Below, one piece after another: positions 1-8,844 of a stretch of DNA of 64,000 bases. The stretch is taken from positions 640,001-704,000 of the forward strand of contig CAXXVS010000001.1 in NCBI GenBank assembly GCA_963674755.2. The letters run 5' to 3'. Below the pieces are notes generated by a model. That model made no database searches and was not told the DNA's origin. It was given only the letters and a program-made list of their open reading frames with translations. Numbering within the stretch: the first letter of the stretch is position 1; each line of letters begins with the position of its first letter. The stretch comes from Desulfobacterales bacterium (lineage in GTDB: Bacteria; Desulfobacterota; Desulfobacteria; Desulfobacterales; UBA5852). The translations under genes were made by a program, and so were the position numbers.

Positions 1-15
1 AGGGCGGAAGAGGTA

Positions 16-486
16 TTATTCCACCACCCACACCGTGCAGTTGCGCGCATGGTTGACGATCTTGCTGGAGACACTACCGAAGAGAAACTCTTCGCTTCGT
101 GAAAGCCCCTGTCGACCAACCACAATGGTGTTGCATTTCGTTTGGCTGCGTTCCGCCAGGATGCACTCCGCAAGGGAAGGACAGTAGCGAAGGGTGGAAC
201 GAACCGACACATCCGCCGGATCAAAGCCCTCAGCGATCAGAAGCTGTCGATAATTCTTAAGCATGGCATCGACCTGCTGTTTATATTCAGCGAGCCATTT
301 GTCTTTGTCAGCCGAGGTGGGGAAATAATCTTCTTCCGGTTGACGAATAACATGCAGGATCAGCACCTCAAAACCGCTTATGCCTGAAAGTAACCGGCTT
401 ACATATAATACCGCCCGGTAGGCATTTTCGGACTCGTCCACGGCAATCAGGATCTTTTTGTTGAAACCCGTCTCATCATGGCTCAT
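16..486 (-). CDS. Universal stress protein (UspA family)
   Basis: KILIAVDESENA N-terminus and IVVGRQG...FLFGSVSSKIVNHARNCTVWVV C-terminal USP motif; start moved to ATG 486 behind GGAGG. Confidence 0.9.
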   Translation of the reverse strand: MSHDETGFNKKILIAVDESENAYRAVLYVSRLLSGISGFEVLILHVIRQPEEDYFPTSADKDKWLAEYKQQVDAMLKNYRQLLIAEGFDPADVSVRSTLRYCPSLAECILAERSQTKCNTIVVGRQGLSRSEEFLFGSVSSKIVNHARNCTVWVVE

Positions 487-765
487 TTTTTTCGCCTCCG
501 GTCTTTGCGTCCCTGCCGGCGATGCTATGTAGTGCCCATCAATACATGCCATCTTTTAGCCCCTGGCCCGCCGCCGGTGGACCGGGTCCCCGAATAGGGA
601 TCAATCCACCTTTGGCGGACAAGTCGGCGTTCTCGCCTCCTGTCGGTCCTCGGCGTAGCCGCGCTGCGCCTGTGGGCGCCAGTCGGCTGCGCTTTGTTGA
701 ACAACGATGTGTTCAAAGATCAGATGTGAAATCCCGCGCTGTGCGGCGGGACCAGAAACCAAAAT

Positions 766-1743
766 CTACCGCTGCCGGATGGGCACTATATATGCTTCCA
801 AATCATGCAACAACTGCACCGTATTTTCATAAAACCAATTGGCGCCTTTGGAAAAGTGCATCAAAATCCGGTTGAGTTCTTCAGGGATGTAAGGGTAAAT
901 CTTCCTCAGATTGGCAACACGGTTGTTAAACACGATATTCAAATCTTCATCGGCAAGCCTATCTATACCAGGGTTGCCCTGTTGCATCAGCTCCGGCAGC
1001 AGCACGTCTCCCATACCCACCAAGAATATCAATACATTCCCCAGGCCGAACAGATCGTAGCCGTATAGGTTCTCCCGGTGGCGGTAATTGAAGTCAAAAT
1101 CGATCCAGCGGTACCGCCCGCTATGGCGGTCTATCAGAATATGATCACGCCGAATATCGCCGTGCTTTTCACCATGTTCGTGAAGAAAGCGGATCGCCCC
1201 GAGGCATTCCATAAAGTTGTTCAGAATGCCCGGCAGACGCTCGTAAAAATACGTCTGATGGTCCAGTCCGATCTTTTCGACATAACCATAAAGCGTTTGG
1301 CCATGGATGAAATCGAGTACGCGTATAAGATTTCCCGCTTGATCCGTTGTGGCATAGCCGTGCATGAAGTTCTTATGGGCGGTGACCAGATCCAGAATAC
1401 GGGCTTCTTTCTTGGGGCTGCGAAAACACTCGAAGGCGATGCCGCCAATATGACTCGTAAATTTTTCGTAAAAAACCAGCTTGAGAATCTTTGGATCTCC
1501 GGTTTGCAGATCAATGGCGCGCTTCACCCAGAATTTGATATCGTCATCAATGCCGAACCGTCCTTCTTTGGCATTATGGCGAATGAGATATGGGTGACCG
1601 TTTAGAACAACCACATCACCATAATCCACCTGAAAAAAATCCGTGGTGTCCGTATGGACTCGAAAACTTTGAGCGCCATGGGTGGGAGGCAACCACCGGG
1701 AAGCCATTTGTCGGAGGTCTTCTTGGGAGGGAGACGCTGTCAT
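766..1743 (-). CDS. Ser/Thr protein kinase-like protein (atypical catalytic loop)
   Basis: KILK lysine, HGDIRRDHILI catalytic-loop equivalent, DFDF at DFG position, DLFGLG subdomain IX-like motif. Confidence 0.75.
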   Translation of the reverse strand: MTASPSQEDLRQMASRWLPPTHGAQSFRVHTDTTDFFQVDYGDVVVLNGHPYLIRHNAKEGRFGIDDDIKFWVKRAIDLQTGDPKILKLVFYEKFTSHIGGIAFECFRSPKKEARILDLVTAHKNFMHGYATTDQAGNLIRVLDFIHGQTLYGYVEKIGLDHQTYFYERLPGILNNFMECLGAIRFLHEHGEKHGDIRRDHILIDRHSGRYRWIDFDFNYRHRENLYGYDLFGLGNVLIFLVGMGDVLLPELMQQGNPGIDRLADEDLNIVFNNRVANLRKIYPYIPEELNRILMHFSKGANWFYENTVQLLHDLEAYIVPIRQR

Positions 1744-1943
1744 TGCGACGGTGCCTTATACTGATCGCTGACCCTGTACCAGTTAACAAACCGTGCGCCG
1801 CTATAATTCCCGCCGGCCTGGCGGATTCTCATTTTTGACCCGCCAAGCAGGACAGGCCTTGCCACCGGTGACCAATGGCGCCACGCCCCGGGCGATCATT
1901 TATCTGCGATGATCCAATTCCGGGGACGTTTGTTTGGCTATCC

Positions 1944-2606
1944 TTACCCGCCGTTGCTGTGCAGCCTTTGTGCCTGATCGGTCAGCAGCTTTCTAAACCG
2001 GTCCAGGGTAACCGGGTAGGGGATGATGGGAATCCCCATCCAATCGGAATATTCCAGAAACCCTTCTGGGTCTTCCGCCATGTAAGTGTCCAGATAGCCA
2101 ATGCCATCCAAAACAACGGCACCGCCGGTGTGTTTCGGGAAATTTTCGTTGGCCAAGCCCTTGTCCCACCCTTTGAAGACGTCTTTGCGGAATTTGACCC
2201 AGCCGGGCGTCATCCACCAGACCGGTTCGCCGCCGGCCACTTCCCCGGCAATGCGCTCCCTCTCGCTTTCGCTGGCCAGCATGTCCATGCAGTGGGTGGC
2301 CTCGATGCGGGCGACCCCCCGGCCCTGCTCCTCCATGATGGTCTGCATCAGCCGGGTCGGCTCGTCCACATTGACGTAGCAAAATTTCCCGCCGTAGACG
2401 ACGATGACCTTGCCGTGTTTTTCCTTGGCCTTGCCGACCAGCCTCACCAGTTGACGTTCCATCTCGGGAATATCCTGGTGCAGTCCCGGTGTGGTGTAAT
2501 AAATTTGAGGGGTATCCAGAAAACCTTCTGCCTTCAAATAATTCAATTCAAGACTCAACGTCCCACAGGAGACAATACCGATACCTGAAAATGATATTTC
2601 ATCCAT
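1944..2606 (-). CDS. DUF1638 domain-containing protein
   Basis: GIVSCGTL...PGLH...YGGKFC...HCMDML...WWMTPGW pattern recalled for DUF1638; GAGGA RBS. Confidence 0.8.
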   Translation of the reverse strand: MDEISFSGIGIVSCGTLSLELNYLKAEGFLDTPQIYYTTPGLHQDIPEMERQLVRLVGKAKEKHGKVIVVYGGKFCYVNVDEPTRLMQTIMEEQGRGVARIEATHCMDMLASESERERIAGEVAGGEPVWWMTPGWVKFRKDVFKGWDKGLANENFPKHTGGAVVLDGIGYLDTYMAEDPEGFLEYSDWMGIPIIPYPVTLDRFRKLLTDQAQRLHSNGG

Positions 2607-2676
2607 GATTATCCTCGTGCCGCAGCGTAGGGGTTAGGAGTGTCCGCATTCCCAAAAGGGCTCATGATCCAATAAG

Positions 2677-2692
2677 TACAAAATCAGTGCCA
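2677..2692 (-). promoter_or_regulatory. Putative sigma-54 -24/-12 promoter (TGGCACTGATTTTGTA) for the DUF1638 gene
   Basis: TGGCAC-N5-TTG(T) about 70 bp upstream of the start; GTAACGTT direct repeats at 2819-2836 as possible activator site. Confidence 0.55.
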
Positions 2693-2975
2693 ACTAGGTC
2701 TGCAGCCGTACGGGAAAATTTCGCCCCCGATAGGCGTGGGCGCCCACGGGGATATTGACGATGCCGGTCGCAAATGATGTAAAACGGTTCCGCCTATAAG
2801 GGAGAGCCCGGTCAAAAGGTAACGTTTAGTAACGTTCTCTTTACGGTGGTGCCCATGCAAGAAATGATTTCATTGGGATGCTGTATATCGCAGCCATTGC
2901 ATTGGCTTATTGAAAAGCTGCCTGCGGTCGGCTCCGGCCTACGCTGTCTGACGAATCGAGGTGATGCAATCCGCC

Positions 2976-5057
2976 TCATCCGATGAATTTCACCGCGACG
3001 CAGGTCACGTCATCGGAACGGCTGCTGCCTTCCTGGAAAGTCACCACCGCATCCATCACCGCCGTGGCGATGACTTTGGCATCGGCGCCGGCATTCTGCC
3101 GGATGATCTGTTTAACCCGCGTTTTGCCGAAAAATCCGCCCTGGGCATCACGCGCTTCCCAAATCCCGTCGGTGCCGAGAAAACAGATTTCGCCCGGGTG
3201 GAAGGGGTGGCTTTCCTCCAGATAGATCTCTGACTTGTTGACGCCGAAGGGCAGTCCCTTGCCCACCCCCTTCAAGGTGGTGAAGGTATCGCTGGCCGGA
3301 TTATACAACAGGGCCGGATCGTGGCCGGCGCGGACCCACTGGATGCGCTGTCGATCCCGATCCAGGCGGGCCAGGAAAAGGGTCACGAAGTCGCCGGTCG
3401 CTTCCACATCCTCGGAAAAAACGGCATTGGCATCCTGGGCGATGGCGCTCATGGTGCCCGCCAGGCGCGCGCGCATGCGCAGCGCCGATCGCACCGAGGC
3501 CATGAGAAGGGCCGATGAGATGCCATGGCCGGAGACATCCCCGATGGCGATACACACGCGCCCCTGATCCGCCTCATCGCAGAGGAAATCGTAGTAATCC
3601 CCGCCGGCCATGTTGCTGTAAAGGGTTTGGCCGAAGATATCAAAGCCCGCGATGTGCGGGGGATGCGGCAACAAATGCGCCTGAATTTCAGAGGCCAGTT
3701 CAACAGCGTGCCGGATCGCATAGGCGCGGGACAACTCCGGCCCGATGCGGTTGAAAACCCCGGCCAACTCGCCGATCTCGTCGTGCGAAGCGATGGCCAC
3801 CCGGGCCTCCAGATCGCCTCCGGCCAGCTTGCGGGCGGCCCGGGTCAATTTTTCCAGGGGTTTGGTCACAATCCGGGAGAAGGCCAGGGCGGCCAGAATT
3901 GCTGCCAGGGCCAGGATCCCAAGGAAAACCGCTGTCAATAGCTCGACGCGCCGGGTCCGGTCCTGAATCGTCGCCAGCAACGCCTGCATGGCGGGCTTGG
4001 CCTCCATCGGTACCACCAGCACCAGGCCGGCGCCCTGATGGGGCAGCGGACTGAAATCCCAGTAGCAGGCCTGCCCCCCAAGCCGAACCTGGTGGATCGA
4101 AGGGCGCAGGCGGTGGAAGTCATTCAGGATCTTCTGGTATGCCGCATCGTCTTCACGAAGCCCCAGATCCTCGGGTCTGATCGTTTTAAGGGGGCCACCC
4201 CGCCCGGGGGCCCATCCGGTCCGGGAGAAGACCTGAATCACAGTGCGGCCCGTTTGCGGATCCGGTGTCAGCTTGCCGATGAAGGCGAAGCGGCCCGTTT
4301 CGGTGGCGGCGGGGTCCAGGGAAAGGTCGAGCATCTTGTCCAGATCGATGATGATGCTGGTCACGCCGAAAATATCATCCTCATGGCAATACAACGGCAG
4401 GGAAAGCGCGATAGCCGGGCGCCCCGTGTCCGGATCGATATAAGGGGCCGACCAATAGGAAAGCCGCTCTTGGAGAACCGAGGGATACCAGTCCCCATAG
4501 TGGCCAGTGGCGGCGGCACAATAACCGGGTCGGCAAGGATAGACACCGACCCAATGGTTGATCATCGTATAATGCCGCAGCACGATGGCCCCCAGGTGGT
4601 CCTCGATGGTGTCATAAACCGGCAGGAGGGCGCTAAAATCCGCCAAAACAGGGCCGGCCATGTCGGGCGGGACGCCCTCACCGCCGAAAACCAGATGCCG
4701 GGCGTCGGGGGTGCCCGGGGCGTGTTCCGTCAGCGCCGGCGGCGAAAGGGGCGGGACCGCCGCAACCGGATCGAACGGTTGGCATGGGCTCACCTGCCGC
4801 AACAGCCGGCGGGCTTCATAGGTCTGGAAAAGCAGGGCGGTTTCCAGCTTTTCAAGGGTCTGGCTGATCCTTTTTTGGTGGTGCTTGGCAACGGCGTTAA
4901 AGCGCAGATCATTGCTCTTCTGGGCGTTGAGATTGACCTGCCGGATGACCTCGTCGGCAAACAGGTGGACATTGTGGATGCCAAACGCACGCAATGCCAG
5001 GATGGGCACGATGGACAGACAAACGAGAAGAATAATCAGTTTTTTGCGGAAGCCCAT
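2976..5057 (-). CDS. Membrane SpoIIE/PP2C-type phosphatase with Cache-like and HAMP domains
   Basis: Two TM segments, YWSAPYID Cache-like motif, HAMP (DEIGELAGVFN), GGDYYDF, IGDVSGHG, GTDGIWEA, DDVT; start at ATG 5057 after GGGGGAG. Confidence 0.9.
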   Translation of the reverse strand: MGFRKKLIILLVCLSIVPILALRAFGIHNVHLFADEVIRQVNLNAQKSNDLRFNAVAKHHQKRISQTLEKLETALLFQTYEARRLLRQVSPCQPFDPVAAVPPLSPPALTEHAPGTPDARHLVFGGEGVPPDMAGPVLADFSALLPVYDTIEDHLGAIVLRHYTMINHWVGVYPCRPGYCAAATGHYGDWYPSVLQERLSYWSAPYIDPDTGRPAIALSLPLYCHEDDIFGVTSIIIDLDKMLDLSLDPAATETGRFAFIGKLTPDPQTGRTVIQVFSRTGWAPGRGGPLKTIRPEDLGLREDDAAYQKILNDFHRLRPSIHQVRLGGQACYWDFSPLPHQGAGLVLVVPMEAKPAMQALLATIQDRTRRVELLTAVFLGILALAAILAALAFSRIVTKPLEKLTRAARKLAGGDLEARVAIASHDEIGELAGVFNRIGPELSRAYAIRHAVELASEIQAHLLPHPPHIAGFDIFGQTLYSNMAGGDYYDFLCDEADQGRVCIAIGDVSGHGISSALLMASVRSALRMRARLAGTMSAIAQDANAVFSEDVEATGDFVTLFLARLDRDRQRIQWVRAGHDPALLYNPASDTFTTLKGVGKGLPFGVNKSEIYLEESHPFHPGEICFLGTDGIWEARDAQGGFFGKTRVKQIIRQNAGADAKVIATAVMDAVVTFQEGSSRSDDVTCVAVKFIG

Positions 5058-5317
5058 GCTCTCCCCCTGCCGACACCGGGGAAAGCGCCTTTTTTCGGTA
5101 TCGGGCCGCTCCCCCGTGTGGGCCGGCCCATTGACATTCGCGGCCACTGCGGGACGCTACGACCGCCGGGTGACGACCGGCGCCCCGAGCCGGGCCGGAA
5201 CGCCCGGGGCTAATATTGCACATTATCTCATAAAGAAGCCGGTTGTCAAAAACCGGTCAACCCGGTCCGCATCAAACCGCCGCCAGGGTGGGGATTAAGG
5301 CTTCGCTTCCGCGCCCG

Positions 5318-5581
5318 TCAGTCGGAATCCGGATAACGCTCGCCGACGGGAATTCGCTCGCCGGGCCGCCAGGTGTCGAAATCCGCCGCTTCGACAAAAT
5401 CGCCGGCCGCGACCTTCGACTTCACCCATACGATGCGGGTATCACATTCCCAGACCCTTTTGCCCAGTTGCTTCTGCCGTTTGGAGAGGGCCTTTTCGGC
5501 ATTCTCGCGGCTGCGATGGACGGATATGACTTTTTTGCGTGGTTTGGAAAGATCGTACCGGTCAAAAATGAGGGCATACAT
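5318..5581 (-). CDS. Hypothetical protein (87 aa)
   Basis: MYALIFD start preceded by AAGGAGG; plausible composition. Confidence 0.65.
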   Translation of the reverse strand: MYALIFDRYDLSKPRKKVISVHRSRENAEKALSKRQKQLGKRVWECDTRIVWVKSKVAAGDFVEAADFDTWRPGERIPVGERYPDSD

Positions 5582-5854
5582 GGGAACCTCCTTTTGGGGT
5601 TTGGGTTCGATCCCGGCCACCGGCCGCCGCAAGGAATTGCCTGTCGGCGCGTATCGTGTGGCAGACGACCGAGGCTTGTTCACGGCCCCGGTCAAGTGCC
5701 GGGGCGTTGTCCAGGTCGATTCATACCTCTCGACCATCTGCGGGCCGGCATATTTAATCCAGGGGGCGCAGGTTCTTGTTCCATATCTTTTCCAGCGCAT
5801 AGGGATTTACCGCACTATGGCAATGGCATCGACTGCCATCCTGATCATGCAGTT

Positions 5855-5870
5855 TTCAAGAAATATGCCA
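5855..5870 (-). promoter_or_regulatory. Putative sigma-54 promoter (TGGCATATTTCTTGAA)
   Basis: TGGCAT-N5-TTG(A), intergenic and oriented toward the 5581 gene. Confidence 0.45.
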
Positions 5871-6075
5871 TAAATGCCTGGCAGCCGGCCGGCGGGGCGT
5901 GGAGACGGGCGTCTATCCGGGAAAGGGTTGCCTTGGCATCGGGGAGGCCTAACGTGCACGGCCCCGGCGGACAATCCGCCAGGGCCGTGTGCTAGGAGGT
6001 GAGAGCAAGACAATAGCTGATGGAGGGGTTGCCAAGCTTACTCTGGTGATTTTTTAAGCAAATGGCATGCCAGTT

Positions 6076-7470
6076 TTATTTTAGCGTTGCTTTCGTCTGA
6101 CGGGGTGCAATGCCGTAACGCTTCATCTGGTTCCAGACGCTGGTGCGGGACATGCCCAGTTGCCGGGCCGCCGCGGACTGGTTGCCGCCGCTGGTCTCCA
6201 GGGCCCGCAGCAGGCGCGCTTTTTTCAAATCGTCCAGGTTGGCGGTGGCTGCCGGCATGCGGTTGTCGGACGCTTCGGGCAGGTCCTCGATGATGTGGCG
6301 CGGCAGGTTTTCAGGGATGATGGCGTTCCCCTGGCAGGAGACGAAGGCAAATTCGAAAGCGCTTTTCAACTCCCGCACATTACCCGGCCAGGTGTAGCGC
6401 ATGAGGGCTTCCAGGGCCGGATTGGAGATCCCCTGGATATGCTTGCTGCTTTTCAGTTGGATCCGGTTGAAAAAGGAACGGGCCAGCAGCGGAATGTCGT
6501 CGATCCGCTCGCGCAGCGGCGGCACATGGATCGGGATGACGTTGATGCGGTAGTAGAAATCTTCCCGGAAACGCCCTCTGGCGATCAGCTCGGGCAGGTC
6601 CCGGTTGGTGGCCGAAATAATCCGCGTATCGATGGCAATGGGGCGGTTATCGCCCACCCGTTCCACCACCTTCTCTTCCAGGACCCGCAGCAGCTTGACC
6701 TGGGTGGAAAGCGGCAAGTCGCCGATTTCATCGAGGAAAATATCCCCCTTGTGGGCCAGTTCGAAGCGGCCTTCCCGGTCGCGGTGGGCACCGGTGTAGG
6801 CGCCTTTGACATGCCCGAAAAGCTCGCTCTCCAGCAGGGATTCGTTCAAAGCGGCGCAGTTGACCTTGATATAGGGATTTTTGCTGCGCTGGCTGGTCTC
6901 ATGAATGGCCCGGGCTACCAGTTCCTTGCCGGTGCCGCTTTCGCCGTAAATGATAACAGGCGCATCGGATTGGGCCGCATTGGTTATCAATTCAAATATT
7001 TGTTGCATCTGGGCCGAAGTGCCGATCATGCCGTGAAAGCGGTCCTCCGCATCCAGCTCCCGGCGGAAGGAGGCGATCTGGGTCTCCTTGTCCATCAGAT
7101 CGGTAATGTCGGTCATGGTTTCCACGGCCCCGGTGACGTTCCCGGCCCCGTCCTTGAGCACGGAAGCATTCTTGACCACACTGATGGCCTGTCCGTCCTT
7201 GCGCACCAGGAGGCATTTCTGGCGCCGCAGGCGCCCCTTCTCAAACATGGCGCACCACTGGCACTGGCCTTTGCCGCGGATGATTTCGCACGAGGTGCAA
7301 TTGAGAATGGCGCAGGACTGGCCGACGATTTCCGCGCGTCCATATCCGGTAATCTCTTCGAATGCGCGGTTCACCGAAACGATCGTGCCCTCGGGGCTGA
7401 CGATCATGACGCCGTCCTGAATCGTGTCCACGACCGTTTTCCAATATTGATTCACATCGTGCGGCTGCAT
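6076..7470 (-). CDS. PAS-domain sigma-54-dependent transcriptional activator (Fis-type HTH)
   Basis: PAS with Cys cluster, GESGTGKE Walker A, ESELFGHVKGAYTGA, FLDEIGD, WPGNVRE, C-terminal HTH; likely start ATG 7470. Confidence 0.95.
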   Translation of the reverse strand: MQPHDVNQYWKTVVDTIQDGVMIVSPEGTIVSVNRAFEEITGYGRAEIVGQSCAILNCTSCEIIRGKGQCQWCAMFEKGRLRRQKCLLVRKDGQAISVVKNASVLKDGAGNVTGAVETMTDITDLMDKETQIASFRRELDAEDRFHGMIGTSAQMQQIFELITNAAQSDAPVIIYGESGTGKELVARAIHETSQRSKNPYIKVNCAALNESLLESELFGHVKGAYTGAHRDREGRFELAHKGDIFLDEIGDLPLSTQVKLLRVLEEKVVERVGDNRPIAIDTRIISATNRDLPELIARGRFREDFYYRINVIPIHVPPLRERIDDIPLLARSFFNRIQLKSSKHIQGISNPALEALMRYTWPGNVRELKSAFEFAFVSCQGNAIIPENLPRHIIEDLPEASDNRMPAATANLDDLKKARLLRALETSGGNQSAAARQLGMSRTSVWNQMKRYGIAPRQTKATLK

Positions 7471-7478
7471 GGGCCCTC

Positions 7479-7527
7479 TGTTCAAAAAGTTAACGTTTTA
7501 GTTGTTCACTAAATTAACATGTGAACA
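7479..7527. promoter_or_regulatory. Tandem palindromes, putative activator binding sites (TGTT-N9-AAC)
   Basis: TGTTCAAAAAGTTAACG (7479-7495) and TGTTCACTAAATTAACA (7503-7519), followed by TGAACA, about 140-180 bp upstream of the sigma-54 box. Confidence 0.55.
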
Positions 7528-7661
7528 GGGCCTTGGCAAGGGGCCATGGGGGCCGGCAGGATCCCGGCCCCCCGGCGGGCCCATCCGGACTGTCTGCCAA
7601 CATGCCGAAAACAGGAGATTTCCTCTATCGGCTCGCCCGCCCCCCTGGTCTGCGGGAAAAA

Positions 7662-7677
7662 TGGCACGAAAATTGGT
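7662..7677 (+). promoter_or_regulatory. Putative sigma-54 promoter of the tusA-hdrA-qmoC-like operon (TGGCACGAAAATTGGT)
   Basis: TGGCAC-N5-TTG(G), divergent from the activator gene, about 60 bp before the first ORF. Confidence 0.65.
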
Positions 7678-7735
7678 TAAGGAAAGCGCATCCGCTAACG
7701 ACGCCATGATGGAAATTGCAACCCGGGAAGGACCG

Positions 7736-8014
7736 ATGGAAACCTTTGATCTGCGCGATACGATCATTCCGTTTTCATTGCTGCAGATTGCCAATTACTT
7801 TCAGCAAATGAAAGCTAACGAGGAAATCGAGATCTACGGCAACGAAGCCGGTATCGCAGAGGATCTCAAAAGCATTCTACCGGCCTCCGCGGTGACCATT
7901 TGCCGGATCGATAGCGCAGCGGACGAGCGCCCCCACTATCGGTGGCGGTTGAAAAAGATAACCCCTTATCATCCTAATCCCAAAGGAGGAGCATCATGTC
8001 TGAAGTCGATCTGA
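7736..8014 (+). CDS. TusA/SirA-like protein lacking the catalytic Cys
   Basis: METFDLRDTIIPFSLL aligns with TusA LDxRGxxCPxP, with I in place of C; similar size; GGAAGGA RBS. Confidence 0.6.
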   Translation: METFDLRDTIIPFSLLQIANYFQQMKANEEIEIYGNEAGIAEDLKSILPASAVTICRIDSAADERPHYRWRLKKITPYHPNPKGGASCLKSI

Positions 8015-8250
8015 ACACCATTGAAATCGCCAATACAGTGGACGCCCGCGGCAGTGCCTGCCCCGGCCCGCTGCTGGAAGCCAAAAAGGGCATCGGCAAG
8101 GTCAAAGTCGGCGAAGTGCTCGAAATTTACTCCAACGATTCCGGTACCCGCACCGATATCCCGGCCTGGTCCAATAAAGTCGGTCACGAATATCTCGGCG
8201 TACTCGCCGCCGACGGCTATGACAAGCACTTCGTGCGCCGCAAAAAGTAG
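7996..8250 (+). CDS. tusA: Sulfurtransferase TusA family protein
   Basis: VDARGSACPGP motif, GEVLEIYSND, DIPAW; AAGGAGG RBS. Confidence 0.92.
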   Translation: MSEVDLNTIEIANTVDARGSACPGPLLEAKKGIGKVKVGEVLEIYSNDSGTRTDIPAWSNKVGHEYLGVLAADGYDKHFVRRKK

Positions 8251-8257
8251 TCGGCCG

Positions 8258-8385
8258 TCAAAATTGTCTTTTGGCCTCAGGGCGGCGTTGGGCGCTCGTT
8301 TCAAGTCCTCGAAATACGGATGTATTCCTCCGGCTTCGAACTCGCGTCCGCCTTGCTTTGAAACCAAAATCCTGATTTTGGGAAG
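8258..8385. repeat. Long imperfect intergenic hairpin (MITE/REP-like element)
   Basis: Arms CAAAA..TTTTGG..GGCG..GGGCGC..GAAATAC/GTATTC..GCGTCC..GCC..CCAAAA..TTTTG pair around a GGAT loop. Confidence 0.55.
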
Positions 8386-8409
8386 TGTCTTTTTGAAAGA
8401 GGGGAAGCG

Positions 8410-8835
8410 ATGTCGACGGCTCCATCTCAAAATGACGGCAAGATCCTGATCCTGGCCACGGAAAGCTGTGCCTACCCGGGGGCCAACTCCGTGGGCCAGG
8501 CCCATTCCAGCTACCCGGCCAACACCTATATTTTGAGGGTTCGGGCACCGGCCCTGTTCCCCGAGCATTTCTATATGGACTGTTTCCGCAAGGGGATCGG
8601 CGGCATCATTATCATGTCCTGCGGTGAGGAATGCCCCTACGAGGGCGCCTACCACGCCCTGGCCAAGCGTATCGACAAAGTCTACCAGCTGATGAAAGCG
8701 GAAGACATCGACATCCGACGTCTGCGCCTCACCGCGATCTGTACGGTCTGCAACCGGGCCTTTCTCCGCGAAGTCAACGACATGAATACCCTGGTACAGG
8801 AGCTGGGACCGCCCGTCTTCGGGCAGGCGGCCTAG
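8410..8835 (+). CDS. Hydrogenase iron-sulfur subunit, MvhD/FlpD family (divergent)
   Basis: CAYPGANSVGQ...YPAN..ILRV, SCGEECPYEG, RRLRL correspond to MvhD blocks; sits next to hdrA-like genes. Confidence 0.8.
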   Translation: MSTAPSQNDGKILILATESCAYPGANSVGQAHSSYPANTYILRVRAPALFPEHFYMDCFRKGIGGIIIMSCGEECPYEGAYHALAKRIDKVYQLMKAEDIDIRRLRLTAICTVCNRAFLREVNDMNTLVQELGPPVFGQAA

Positions 8836-8844
8836 GCCGAGGAA

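Noticed and set aside
525..716. 63-aa minus-strand ORF between the kinase and USP genes
   Set aside because: No clear RBS or motif; Arg-rich composition typical of spurious GC-rich ORFs
2607..2975. Cobalamin riboswitch upstream of the DUF1638 gene
   Set aside because: No B12-box pattern could be identified
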